Source: an uncultured Acidobacteriaceae bacterium (GTDB lineage Bacteria; Acidobacteriota; Terriglobia; Terriglobales; Acidobacteriaceae). Taken from it: a stretch of DNA of 64,000 bases. Shown here one piece after another: positions 18,955 to 28,709 of the stretch. Made by a program: the position numbers and the translations under genes. The stretch lies in the NCBI GenBank assembly GCA_963766625.1, contig CAVYBF010000013.1, forward strand, positions 89,987 through 153,986, in the 5' to 3' direction. Position 1 is the stretch's first letter, and each line of letters starts with the position of its first letter. The notes beneath the pieces were generated by a model. That model saw only the letters and a list, made by a program, of their open reading frames with translations, was not told the origin of the DNA and did not search any database.

Positions 18955-20649
18955 ATGACGGAAGACAGGGAAACAATCTGCGAAGTTGGCGAGAGGGCGC
19001 ACGAGCCACCCGACCCCGTCACCCAACCGCACGCTCGCACGGCTGATGCCTCGAGGTCCGAATCCGCGGGCAGACCGAAAGGTCCTCGATTGGATGTTGT
19101 CACTCTGATTCTGGTGATCCTGCTGCTTGCCGCTATTCGCTGGCGCCTGCGCGATATGCCGCTCGAGCGCGACGAAGGCGAGTACGGATACGCCGGACAG
19201 CTCATTCTGCAGGGAGTCCCACCATACCAGATTGCCTACAACATGAAGCTGCCGGGAACGTATGTGGCCTATGCCGTGATTATGGCGATCTTCGGGCAGA
19301 CTCCTGCCGGCATTCATGTCGGATTGTTGTTCGTGAACGCGCTCACGATTTTACTGGTATACGCCTTGGGCAAGCGGCTGTTTCGACCTCTTGCCGGTGT
19401 GGTTGCGGCAGCCAGTTACGGTCTACTCTCGGTGGGGCCGTGGGTCAACGGATTCGCCGGGCACGCCACCCACTTTGTTGTGGTCGCGGCAATAGCCGGG
19501 CTTTGGCTGCTGCTGAAGGCTATTGACGAGCAGAGTGATTGGAAAATCTTCTGCGCCGGATTGCTCCTCGGAGTGGCATTCCTGATGAAACAGCCGGGGG
19601 CAGCGTTTACGCTGTTCGGCGCTTTATACCTCCTGAAGTCTGGAGGTTGGACCAAAGAGAAATTGCGGAGTTCGGCTCGTCATCTGCTCTGGTTCGGCGC
19701 AGGCGCAGCATTGCCGTTCGCAATCACTTGCCTCGTGCTTTGGCGTGCGGGAGTGTTCGCGAAGTTCTGGTTCTGGACTTTTTCCTACGCCTATCAGTAC
19801 GGAACCAGTGTTGGCACGGTCGAAGGATGGCATTCCCTTGTGAAGAACTTTACGCCGGCATTACGGTCTGCCCTCGCAGTGTGGCTTTTGTCTGCCGTGG
19901 GCCTTAGCTGTTTTGTATGGAGTCGGAAGGCGCGAGCTCACGTCGACTTTGTTATAGGGCTTTTATTCTTTTCAGGTCTAGCCGTGTCCGCTGGTCTTTA
20001 TTTCCGCAGGCACTATTTCATCATGCTGCTGCCTGTCGTTTCGCTGCTTGTGGGACTTGCAGTCAGTTCCGTCGTCGATTTGGCGGAACATCGGAAAAGT
20101 AGCGTCCTGCGTTACGTCGCGATGGCAGCCTTCGTGATTGCATTTGCGAGTGCCATGCTTGAGGAAATGCGGTTTTACTTCCAGGCAGATCCCATTTCAG
20201 CTAGTCGCCACGTCTATCCCGAAGACCCTTTTCCGGAAGCCGCTGTAGTTGGCAGGTATATACAGCAGCATTCTGCGGCATCGGCATCAATCGCCGTGCT
20301 CGGCTCCGAGCCGCAAATTATGTTTTATGCACGACGCCGATCAGCAACGGGCTATCTCTACGCCTATCCCCTGACAGAAGAACAAGAGTACGCATCGACT
20401 ATGCAGCAGGAAGTAATCTCAGAAATCGAGGCAGCTAATCCCGAATATCTGGTATTTGCTTGGGATTGGGAGATTCGACCTCAATCTGAAAGGGCGATCT
20501 TTACCTGGGCCGATCAATACATCGCAAACAATTATGGGTTGGCAGGCGTAATGAGGGTACGCGACGGCTTACAGTTCCGATCGGAGAATGAGGTCCGCAG
20601 GACACCTGGACATCTGTGGGCGGCATTGTTCCTATTTCGGCGGAAGTAG
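18955..20649 (+). CDS. GT-C membrane glycosyltransferase, family 39 / ArnT-PMT-like
   Basis: It is polytopic. The first-loop motif LERDEGEYGYAGQLILQG.PPY is characteristic of ArnT/PMT_2-type enzymes. It has a C-terminal soluble domain. Confidence 0.7.
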   Translation: MTEDRETICEVGERAHEPPDPVTQPHARTADASRSESAGRPKGPRLDVVTLILVILLLAAIRWRLRDMPLERDEGEYGYAGQLILQGVPPYQIAYNMKLPGTYVAYAVIMAIFGQTPAGIHVGLLFVNALTILLVYALGKRLFRPLAGVVAAASYGLLSVGPWVNGFAGHATHFVVVAAIAGLWLLLKAIDEQSDWKIFCAGLLLGVAFLMKQPGAAFTLFGALYLLKSGGWTKEKLRSSARHLLWFGAGAALPFAITCLVLWRAGVFAKFWFWTFSYAYQYGTSVGTVEGWHSLVKNFTPALRSALAVWLLSAVGLSCFVWSRKARAHVDFVIGLLFFSGLAVSAGLYFRRHYFIMLLPVVSLLVGLAVSSVVDLAEHRKSSVLRYVAMAAFVIAFASAMLEEMRFYFQADPISASRHVYPEDPFPEAAVVGRYIQQHSAASASIAVLGSEPQIMFYARRRSATGYLYAYPLTEEQEYASTMQQEVISEIEAANPEYLVFAWDWEIRPQSERAIFTWADQYIANNYGLAGVMRVRDGLQFRSENEVRRTPGHLWAALFLFRRK

Positions 20650-20654
20650 TGGCG

Positions 20655-22181
20655 CTAATCCCCTCCTGCAATCGGACGGAACTCCACCACCACAATTTCT
20701 TGGTCGAAATCTTTAAGCACCTGAGATGTAAACGCCCCGCGTGAGTAGTTGTCGAACCACTGCAAAGTTGGGTAGGAAGATGGGGGCACGACAAAGAGAA
20801 ATTTCTGGTGCCGTTGTGCCGCAGCCAAAATGACTTGGCTGCCGATGCGGATTGTCTCATCATTCAGATCCATTGGAAGCAATACGACGGGTGCGTTGAT
20901 CGGATAATAAAACAATTGCGAGAACAGTGGATTTTCGCCGTTGCGATCGGTCGGCATGACCTCATAGTCGGACTCGATGAACGCGCTGCAAGTCAGCACC
21001 GGCACTGGATCGCCATCGTCGGCAAGATTGGCATTCACGAATGCATGGGCTTCCTTGAAATTGAGTTCATGCTTTCGAGAAAGCGGGGAGCTGTAAGATT
21101 CATACACCGCAACCGCTACCAGGCCGACGCAGAAGATCTGCCTTAACGCGCGGGAATCGATCTGACGAGTCAGCAGGGCCCAGGTTAACGCGCTGCCCGG
21201 AGCTACGACGGTGAGATAGCGGGGGATGAGCAGATGCACCGAACTGAGGGCGCCGGCGGAGAAGAAAACGGCGATCGGAACCAGTGCGAGCAGAGGTCCG
21301 AATAGGATTGCCGGCAAGCTCTCTCGATCGGGAAGGTTCAGTTTCCGAATCAGTGCAGCCATACAAGCCGCAATTACAAAACCGATCAGCAACTGCAGTG
21401 GCGCGAGCGTGTTGAGCGCGACCAAGACCGGGTGATGCATCTCTTGCACGACATGCATCGCTTTGGTGTGGTAAAGGCTTGCAATCCGGTAAATGAGTGG
21501 AACCGAGCAGAGAGTAAAAGCAGCTATTACCGCCGCTAGCTGCCGTAGATCTTCTTTGACAAAACCACGCCGCGCGATCAGATAGTAAATTGCAAACACG
21601 GGCAGGATCGCGCCGAACAAATAATGAAAGTAGAGAATTCCGGCTGCTGCGGCCCCGAACGCGATCGCTTGCCGCATTTCGCGTTTCGCCATCCAGCGGA
21701 TGAACGCGAAGGTGGCAAGGTTCGAAGCCAACAAGGCGAAAGCATACGGGCGTGCATCGGTCGCGGCAAATACCACGTTATTGGTCAGGGCGAAGAAGAT
21801 GCACGCGAGAAATGCGGTCTCATGATCGTAAAGCTCGTGGGCGCTGCGAAAAAGAAAGTAAACTGCGCCCAGCATGGCTAGCGTAGACGGAATTTTAAGG
21901 GCGATCTCGCTGCTTCCGAGAATCGATTTCACAAACCATAGCGTGTAGAGATAGCCGATCGACGAAGGCATAAGCGCCGACCGACTCCAAACCTTGGCGA
22001 AACCGCTGCTGACCTGCCAGTAAGCAAGCGTCTCGTCTAACCAGAGAGGAGCACGGATTGCTAAGAACCATATCGACACTGCGGCCAACAACGCCAAGGG
22101 ATAAATAAGTTTGGCGATGATGGAGACAGGTTTTTCAACTTCGGTTGTCCCCGCCGGTGTTGTTGTGATTACGGTCGCCAT
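20655..22181 (-). CDS. GT-C membrane glycosyltransferase, family 39 / PMT_2-like
   Basis: It is polytopic and has the motifs PLWLDETLAYW and DARPYAFALL. I prefer the ATG at 22181 (MATVITT..), which lies 10 nt downstream of the cytochrome stop. The longer track ORF would overlap the cytochrome gene. Confidence 0.7.
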   Translation of the reverse strand: MATVITTTPAGTTEVEKPVSIIAKLIYPLALLAAVSIWFLAIRAPLWLDETLAYWQVSSGFAKVWSRSALMPSSIGYLYTLWFVKSILGSSEIALKIPSTLAMLGAVYFLFRSAHELYDHETAFLACIFFALTNNVVFAATDARPYAFALLASNLATFAFIRWMAKREMRQAIAFGAAAAGILYFHYLFGAILPVFAIYYLIARRGFVKEDLRQLAAVIAAFTLCSVPLIYRIASLYHTKAMHVVQEMHHPVLVALNTLAPLQLLIGFVIAACMAALIRKLNLPDRESLPAILFGPLLALVPIAVFFSAGALSSVHLLIPRYLTVVAPGSALTWALLTRQIDSRALRQIFCVGLVAVAVYESYSSPLSRKHELNFKEAHAFVNANLADDGDPVPVLTCSAFIESDYEVMPTDRNGENPLFSQLFYYPINAPVVLLPMDLNDETIRIGSQVILAAAQRHQKFLFVVPPSSYPTLQWFDNYSRGAFTSQVLKDFDQEIVVVEFRPIAGGD

Positions 22182-22191
22182 TTCGAAGCTC

Positions 22192-24075
22192 TTACTTCTT
22201 CTGCACGGTTCCCGCACGTACCGCCGCGATGCTGCCATTTGGATTGTGCACAGTGTTATGGCACACCAGCGAACAAGTATTCGTAGAGCGGTTGTAGGAG
22301 ATAGGAAACGCCCCGTTCGGGCCCACCACGTTCACGTCAAAATTTACCAGCCGTTGGCCGCTCATGTTCGGGTTGATGCCGCCCATGCCGTGCGCGGTGT
22401 GACATACCGAACAGCTAAAGCCGGCGGCGATATGGCTCTGGTGCTGAGTGAAGCTGGCGTTGGTCATGATATTGCTGAGGCTGTGGCACTTTCCGCAGAG
22501 GGCGTAAGGCCCGTTCACGCTGAGATCGGGATTCTGAAATAAATTTGTAATCAGTTGGCCCGGCACCACCGCCTGGCTAAATTCATACCGGCGTTCGAGA
22601 ATGTGGGTCCACTTGGAACCATGCGGCCCATTCGGACCCGTGCCGCCGAACTCGCGATTGTCGTCGCTGTTGTGGCAATCGGTGCAGAGTATCTGCGTTC
22701 CCATGGCGCGACCTTGTGTGACGCCGTTGAGATTCCACATGTTACTCAGCAAGCTCGGCTGCGGCAGAGCGCTGTTGCTGACGTGAGTTACGGGATGACT
22801 CGAGGTAGCCGTAGTACTGAATTGCGGGATGATATTCAGAGGATCGCCGGCTGAAGCGGCGCGGACTGGAAGATATCCGTAAACCGGGCGAACGGCCTTT
22901 CCCGCGCTGGTTCCGTGACAACGGAAACAGTTCTCATATTGATTGACGACAGGCGCAACCACGGTCATGCCATCGGTCGCGCTGATTCCCGCCGAGTCCT
23001 TCTGCGAAACCCGCACCAGCGGAGGAGGTGGAAATACTCCCACCTGGGCTGAACCATGTCCATTGTGACAATCCACGCAGGTAGCGTGCCGGTTGTTATT
23101 CAGCAGCGCACTCTCGCCCGCATCGTGAGGATTGGTTGTAGTCGGAAACGGGTGACCGATCTTCGGCGCAGCATACTCGGAGAAGACATCGGGAGGGGTT
23201 GGCGTGATATTGGCGCCGCCATTGTGGCAGGCAATGCAATCCTGCTCATTGGCTCCGCGCAGCAGTCGCGCCGGGCCCTGGGCATTATGCGGGGCATGAC
23301 AGGCGATGCAGGCGTCCTGCGCCACGGTGGTGTAGCTGCCGACATTGGCTTGCGGCGAGATCTTGTTCTGCACGAGGGCGTGGGAGCTGGTGGCCCAATC
23401 GGCAAGCGGGTTCACTTTCCCGGCCATCTGGCGGTTCGGATCGTGGCAAGCCAGGCACATCTGTCCGTTCGAACTATCGCGCACCAGAAAATTCTGCGAG
23501 ATCGGATCCTTCGCCTGCACATGGGCGCTATGACATGAGGTGCATTCAATGTTGCCATTAACCAGGCGAATGGCTCCCGTGGGATCTCCGGTTTTGCCCT
23601 TAGCGGCCAAGGAAGCAAGCAAGTCGATGTTATCTTTCAACGGCAAGGCAAAGGCCAAGGGATGTGAGGGCTGCAGATTGGTGCCAAACACATCGTAGTT
23701 GTACATCGATCCGAACATCGTGATCTGGCCGTAGGCGGCGGTGGTTCCGGGCGCCACTGTTCCATCGTGACACGACAGGCAGAGATTGCTGTCGGCGCCC
23801 ATCGTGGGCTGGACTGCGCGATTCTTTTCCGTGTTGCTGGTGTACAAGCTATAGCTTTGCACCGTGAGCTTCTGATTCCACAGCGGTGTTCGACCGCCCA
23901 CGCCATTGTGCGGCTCGTGGCAATACATACAGAAATCGGGGCGTGCGCCGGTGATCGGCGATTTGCTGCCAGGGCCGAGATCGTGCATGCCAATCACGTC
24001 GCCTGTGGTCTGAGCCAGCAGAGTCCCTGCCATCAGAACCACGATCAGGCACCCGAATAAAAATTTACCTCGCAC
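22192..24075 (-). CDS. secreted multihaem c-type cytochrome (11 CxxCH + 1 CxxxCH)
   Basis: It has a signal peptide (FGCLIVVLMAGTLLAQ). The haem motifs are CMYCH, CLSCH, CTSCH, CLACH, CIACH x2, CVDCH, CFRCH, CTDCH, CGKCH and CSVCH, plus CSLVCH. Its GTG start overlaps the upstream stop (TAGTG). Confidence 0.9.
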   Translation of the reverse strand: MRGKFLFGCLIVVLMAGTLLAQTTGDVIGMHDLGPGSKSPITGARPDFCMYCHEPHNGVGGRTPLWNQKLTVQSYSLYTSNTEKNRAVQPTMGADSNLCLSCHDGTVAPGTTAAYGQITMFGSMYNYDVFGTNLQPSHPLAFALPLKDNIDLLASLAAKGKTGDPTGAIRLVNGNIECTSCHSAHVQAKDPISQNFLVRDSSNGQMCLACHDPNRQMAGKVNPLADWATSSHALVQNKISPQANVGSYTTVAQDACIACHAPHNAQGPARLLRGANEQDCIACHNGGANITPTPPDVFSEYAAPKIGHPFPTTTNPHDAGESALLNNNRHATCVDCHNGHGSAQVGVFPPPPLVRVSQKDSAGISATDGMTVVAPVVNQYENCFRCHGTSAGKAVRPVYGYLPVRAASAGDPLNIIPQFSTTATSSHPVTHVSNSALPQPSLLSNMWNLNGVTQGRAMGTQILCTDCHNSDDNREFGGTGPNGPHGSKWTHILERRYEFSQAVVPGQLITNLFQNPDLSVNGPYALCGKCHSLSNIMTNASFTQHQSHIAAGFSCSVCHTAHGMGGINPNMSGQRLVNFDVNVVGPNGAFPISYNRSTNTCSLVCHNTVHNPNGSIAAVRAGTVQKK

Positions 24076-25142
24076 TACATTCCTTCCTTAGGCTTCTTCA
24101 AGCCGAAATAGTGAAATACCTGAATGCGGTGATTGAACGAGTCCACCACGAAGATCCGGTCGTCGCGGTTGATGAATAAGCCGGCGGGCAACTGAAACTC
24201 GCCCGCGCCTGTGCCTCTTCCTCCAAAGTAATAGAGCAGATCTCCCTGAGGATTAAATACCTGCACCACTCCCCACAGGCCATCCACAATGTACAGATCA
24301 CCTTCCGAGTCGACTCCGACGCCTTTCGGCCGGAAAACGCTACCACTCGTGTCACCGACTTTGCCGATGGAGTAGCGGAAGTTGCCCGCGCGATCGAGCA
24401 CCTGTATGCGGAAATTCATGGCATCGACCACGATCAGGTTGTCGCCATCGAGACGCAGCTCAGTGGGCAAATTGAATTCGAGGTTGCCATCGCCTTTTTT
24501 GCCGATGGTTCCGAGGATGTTGCCCTGCATATCCAGCACGAAAATTTTGTCGCGCAGCGTGTCGGTCACGTAAATGCGTTGCGTGGCCGAGTCCACGGCG
24601 ATTCCCGTGGGACGCTTGTAATATCCCTCGCCGCCTTTAATGCTGCCGATCACGCGCTCATACTTTCCGCCGGAGTTGAAGACGAAAATTTTTCCGGTCT
24701 GCGAATCGGTCACGTAAATATTGTCCTGAGCATCGACCGCAACGCACTGCGGCGCCAGCATGGCATCCTTGTCTTTGTCGCGGCGCTCGATGAACTTGTA
24801 TTTCTGTTGTACGAAATCGAAGATGTGAACCCCACTCGCGCCCGGGTCCGTCACGATAATCCGCCCGCGCGAATCCACAGCAATGCTGTACGGCCGCACC
24901 AGATTCTTGAAGTCGGGCTCGCCCGCGATCACGTCGAGCACCCGGTTCCAGAAGCCGCGCTTCGGCTTCACTTCGCGTTCCGAGCCGAAGCTGCGTTCCC
25001 AGGTCAGCTTGCGGCCTCCCTCGAGTTCCAGGACCGGAGGCCCGGGTTCGGGATCGACGGCCTTGGGCCGCGAGCCGGCCCATGAAATACCCGGTGCGAG
25101 TAGCAGAGTCACAACCAACAGAAGCCGGCGCGGAACCCTCAT
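24075..25142 (-). CDS. secreted NHL-repeat beta-propeller protein
   Basis: The ATG is at 25142 (MRVPRRLLLVVTLLLAPGISWA). It has six NHL-like blades, for example PYSIAVDSRGRIIVTD, PQCVAVDAQDNIYVTD, PTGIAVDSATQRIYVTD and PKGVGVDSEGDLYIVD. Confidence 0.85.
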   Translation of the reverse strand: MRVPRRLLLVVTLLLAPGISWAGSRPKAVDPEPGPPVLELEGGRKLTWERSFGSEREVKPKRGFWNRVLDVIAGEPDFKNLVRPYSIAVDSRGRIIVTDPGASGVHIFDFVQQKYKFIERRDKDKDAMLAPQCVAVDAQDNIYVTDSQTGKIFVFNSGGKYERVIGSIKGGEGYYKRPTGIAVDSATQRIYVTDTLRDKIFVLDMQGNILGTIGKKGDGNLEFNLPTELRLDGDNLIVVDAMNFRIQVLDRAGNFRYSIGKVGDTSGSVFRPKGVGVDSEGDLYIVDGLWGVVQVFNPQGDLLYYFGGRGTGAGEFQLPAGLFINRDDRIFVVDSFNHRIQVFHYFGLKKPKEGM

Positions 25143-25185
25143 CTCACGCTCGCTTTTCTGCTTCTGTTTCGCACGCTGGCGAAGG

Positions 25186-27045
25186 CTAGAAGAAGTTGAA
25201 CCATCTGGATATCCCCACATAAAAAGCCGAGATCTTCGCCGGCGGCGCGTTTGAAATACTGAAGCTTTGATCCAGTCTACTGTACCCCCCAGTGAAGTAC
25301 ATTTTCCGGAATTGATATTGAATCAGCGTATTGATCTGCTCCATGTTGTTTTCGGAGGTGATTCCCAGCACGTTGCTGTTCCCGATTGCTTTTGCGAAGG
25401 TCGCGGCCACGGTCAGCCTGCGCTTGGGATTGCTGCTCAGGCCGGCCGAATAACTCTTGCCGCCGAAAAGAATAAGATCAGTTGGATTCAGCACCGGCTG
25501 TGGCGTAGGCGTCGCAGCTAACCCAGCGCCGGTCTCGATTCCATTCCCATCCGATTTCGAGTACGTGCCGTTCAGCGCAAACCAGTTCGAATAGTTGAGG
25601 GATGTGTTGTAACTCTCGCCACTGCTTGTCGTCCCGGCTTGTCCCGTCAGGCCGGTCTTGTTGACGCTGGCACCGGCCGTCCATCCAAACTTTCCCCAGC
25701 GGCGCCGGATGTTGGCGCCATATCCGTAAAATGAGGCCATATAGGTGACCAGCAAAGTTTGCACATTTTGCGAGTAGTTTCCGAAAACTCCCGCGGTCCA
25801 GCCATCGCTGAATCTCTTGTTGTAGTTGACCGTGGCACTAAGGCCAAGTTCGTTTGCACTCGAAGTGCTGACGGTGTTCTCGGTCACGGTAAGAGCTGTA
25901 TTAAAGTTGCCGCCAAACAAAACGTGCCCGTAAGTAAAGCCGCCGCCGTAGGAATCGGCGGAATAGTTCTTTCCCAGGAAATATTGCTGGCGATGGTCGG
26001 CAGAGGCCAGCGCTTGCATATTCGCCATCACCGAGTAGCTGGCCTGGCCCTGCAGGTCGAGAGAGTTCGATGACTGCCCTTGGGTCGGTGGAACCACGAT
26101 GCCTCCGGCGCTGGTGAGTGCCTGGTATAAACTGCCGGTGAGATTGTCGGAGTAATTGCTGCTGACGGAAAAGTGGAATTTGTTAGTCGGCTGAAAAGAT
26201 GCGCTCCCGATATAGGTATCGATGTTGCCATTGTAGCTGTAGCCATCGAAATTCGAATCGACATCGGAACGGTTGATGGCTGCTGAAAATCCGCCGTGCA
26301 GCGGTAGTTGATGCCCTACCGCAAAGCCATAGGCGTGGTTACTGGAAGTTGAATTCAGTGGCTGCGACGTGCCTTCAAGAATTTGCGGGATATTCGCGTG
26401 CGAGTCTCCACCCGTAAAATACCCACTCATGTTGAATCCCCTCAGGAGATAGCCCGACCGCAAACTGAATGATTTTGAATTCGTGCTTCCATTGTCGTTC
26501 GAACCGTAGATAGAATACTGGCTGTTCCCATCCTGAAAGTTGGCGGAGAGACTGGGCAATCCTGGCAGGATCTCAGACCAGGCGATGCCGAAGGTGTCGC
26601 TGTTGCCCTTGGTCGTATAGTTGGCTACCCCGGGAATCGCGTAATTGCCTTCGCTGTTGAGCGCCTTGGCGTATGTGATGGACCCCGGGAATTTGCTGCC
26701 GGCAAAAATCGAGCTGTCGAAATTCACTCCGCTGGCGTCGGAAATCGATTGGAAGGAGGAGTTGTCCCTTGCCTGATTGAGGTAAGGCGAAACCGTGTAA
26801 GAGAGAAAATTGGGATTGTAGTAATAACCGGACAGTGTTCCCGTTCCCCCGAACGCAAGACTGTGATCGGAGGGAATCCCCTGGTTTCCAAAATCTCCGT
26901 TGTACCCGGCGGAGAGAGTGCCGCTCAGATTGTTGCTGGTTTCGCCCAGCCTGAGCTGCGCCACAGCCGGCGGTATCAGCAGGAAGCTCCCCGCGAGAAC
27001 CAGAACGATATTTTGGAAAGCACCCTTCACGTTTACCCACTTCAT
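25186..27045 (-). CDS. outer-membrane beta-barrel (porin-like) protein
   Basis: The ATG is at 27045 (MKWVNVKGAFQNIVLVLAGSFLLIPPAVAQ, a signal peptide). It is about 620 aa, rich in G/S/N/Y/T with alternating beta-strand patterns. It ends ..ISRWFNFF, an aromatic C-terminal residue as in BAM substrates. Confidence 0.75.
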   Translation of the reverse strand: MKWVNVKGAFQNIVLVLAGSFLLIPPAVAQLRLGETSNNLSGTLSAGYNGDFGNQGIPSDHSLAFGGTGTLSGYYYNPNFLSYTVSPYLNQARDNSSFQSISDASGVNFDSSIFAGSKFPGSITYAKALNSEGNYAIPGVANYTTKGNSDTFGIAWSEILPGLPSLSANFQDGNSQYSIYGSNDNGSTNSKSFSLRSGYLLRGFNMSGYFTGGDSHANIPQILEGTSQPLNSTSSNHAYGFAVGHQLPLHGGFSAAINRSDVDSNFDGYSYNGNIDTYIGSASFQPTNKFHFSVSSNYSDNLTGSLYQALTSAGGIVVPPTQGQSSNSLDLQGQASYSVMANMQALASADHRQQYFLGKNYSADSYGGGFTYGHVLFGGNFNTALTVTENTVSTSSANELGLSATVNYNKRFSDGWTAGVFGNYSQNVQTLLVTYMASFYGYGANIRRRWGKFGWTAGASVNKTGLTGQAGTTSSGESYNTSLNYSNWFALNGTYSKSDGNGIETGAGLAATPTPQPVLNPTDLILFGGKSYSAGLSSNPKRRLTVAATFAKAIGNSNVLGITSENNMEQINTLIQYQFRKMYFTGGYSRLDQSFSISNAPPAKISAFYVGISRWFNFF

Positions 27046-27502
27046 GCCGCCCACGGCAGCATCCCTGCTTATGCGTTGTTTTCTGGCTACCCCACAGCGG
27101 CCAGCCTGCGGTTTGTGGTTGCCACGTCCGATCCCTTCAGGGTGGGTTTGCCTCTTCCCAACTGAAAGGCGACCGGCCATTGGTTTCCTCTAATCAAGGA
27201 AAAGCACGTTCCACGCCAGACCGAGCCGACAAGTAGGCCTTTGGAATCTATGAGATAGTGGGGTATGCGAGGGGAATTCTGGGGCATATAACCCAGCTAA
27301 AGCCAAGAGCACAAGGCATTTGGCGCAAATGGGCCACGCGATGTAGGGACACCCCCGCCCTCGGCTGTACCGGGAGCGAAGCGGCGCAGCTTTCGATTGT
27401 GATTTTGCGAACTATTGTCGTGATGGCTTCTTTTTCCAGAGGATAAAAAACACGTCCGATTTGGGATCGTGGAGATAGTAAGGAGCGCTCTAAAGCCCGC
27501 AT

Positions 27503-27548
27503 GGACAGGCGAGGGCGGCTGTCCCTACCCCGCCGAGGGCGGCTGTCT
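27503..27548. repeat. REP-like element: two direct copies of CGAGGGCGGCTGTC(C/T) with a hairpin (GGACAG..CTGTCC)
   Basis: The direct repeats are at 27510-27524 and 27533-27547. The element lies immediately 3' of the PPIase stop on the minus strand and may act as a terminator or RNA-stabilising element. Confidence 0.6.
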
Positions 27549-28595
27549 TTACAACACTTCTACTTTGGCGCCCTTATGCAGGCGCTGATCCAGGGCCGCG
27601 CGCACCGCATTCAGCTTCTTCTGCTGGAGTTCCTTCTGCAGTGAATCCTTCACCTCTTCAAATTTCATCTTCCCCGCGGGGATGTGCTGGTTCAGCCGCA
27701 CGATGGTATACGCCTGCTCGATCTGGATAACGCCGGTAATCTCGCCTGGCTTGAGCGCGAGGAGCGCCTGTACCACCTGCGGCGCGAGCTTGTCGCGATC
27801 CACTTTCTTGTGGTCCCCCATCATCACGCGGTAATCATCTTCGGAGATCCTTTCTGCCAGCACCCCGAATTGTTCGTAGCTGGTGGCCGCTTTGGCCTGC
27901 TTCAATCCGTCCTCGGCGCGCTTGCGCAGTTCTTTCAAATTGGCAGCCGTGGGCTGCGCCGGAGGCAAAAAGGAAATGGTCTGGAAGGCAAAACCTTCGG
28001 GATATTCGAAGCGCGTCGGATTTTTATCGTAATAGGCGCGAGCCTCGGCGGCCGACACAGTGGACTTGGCATCCACTTCCACCTTCAGGTAGGCATCGAT
28101 CAGCAGCGAGCGCTTGATCTTCTCATCTACAGCCTTTTGCGATCCGTTGAATTGTGAAACCAGAAATTGTTGATACTCTTCCGGACTTTTAAATTGCCCG
28201 CGAAAATCCTCTTCCGCCTTCTTCAGCTTCGCCGGCGAGATCGTCATCTTGCGCCGCAGCGCTTCCTGGTAAGCCAGTTCCTCGAAGACAATCATCTGCA
28301 GCGCTCCTCTGCGGATCTGCGGCTCCATCTCAGGAGGGACCTGACCGTTGTGCTGCGCTGCATAGGGAAACAGCGTGTACTCTTCGCGCAGCAGATCACG
28401 ATCGGTCAATACCGACCCGTTCACGCGAGCGACCGGCTTTCCCGTCGGTTCTGTCATTGCGCTTTGCGTCGCCACCGCGCTCCGGCTATGCGATACCGCG
28501 AGCTGTTGCGCCGCCATCGGCGTGTGCGCTGCCGCAACCAGCCCCACCAGAACCAGCCCCAGAATCAGGATGCGTCGGGAGAATTTGTTTTTCAT
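27549..28595 (-). CDS. periplasmic SurA/PpiD-like chaperone with parvulin-type PPIase domain
   Basis: The ATG at 28595 follows AAGGATGGAG, and a signal peptide is present. It has a SurA_N-like helical region and a rotamase-like part (ARAYYDKNPTRFEYPEGFAFQTISF, LKPGEITGVIQIEQAYTIVRL). Confidence 0.7.
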   Translation of the reverse strand: MKNKFSRRILILGLVLVGLVAAAHTPMAAQQLAVSHSRSAVATQSAMTEPTGKPVARVNGSVLTDRDLLREEYTLFPYAAQHNGQVPPEMEPQIRRGALQMIVFEELAYQEALRRKMTISPAKLKKAEEDFRGQFKSPEEYQQFLVSQFNGSQKAVDEKIKRSLLIDAYLKVEVDAKSTVSAAEARAYYDKNPTRFEYPEGFAFQTISFLPPAQPTAANLKELRKRAEDGLKQAKAATSYEQFGVLAERISEDDYRVMMGDHKKVDRDKLAPQVVQALLALKPGEITGVIQIEQAYTIVRLNQHIPAGKMKFEEVKDSLQKELQQKKLNAVRAALDQRLHKGAKVEVL

Positions 28596-28661
28596 AACTC
28601 CATCCTTGCCCACAACTTCATTTACTCACAATTTCTCATGCTCTCAGATTATTTTGCTCAC

Positions 28662-28691
28662 AAAAAGAGGGGAGAGGTTCGCTCTCCCCTC
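28662..28691 (-). terminator. rho-independent terminator after the tetrahaem cytochrome gene
   Basis: On the minus strand a 10-bp stem GAGGGGAGAG / CTCTCCCCTC with a 6-nt loop is followed by TTTTTG. It starts 19 nt after the stop at 28710. Confidence 0.75.
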
Positions 28692-28709
28692 GTGGTTACG
28701 ACGGACAGC

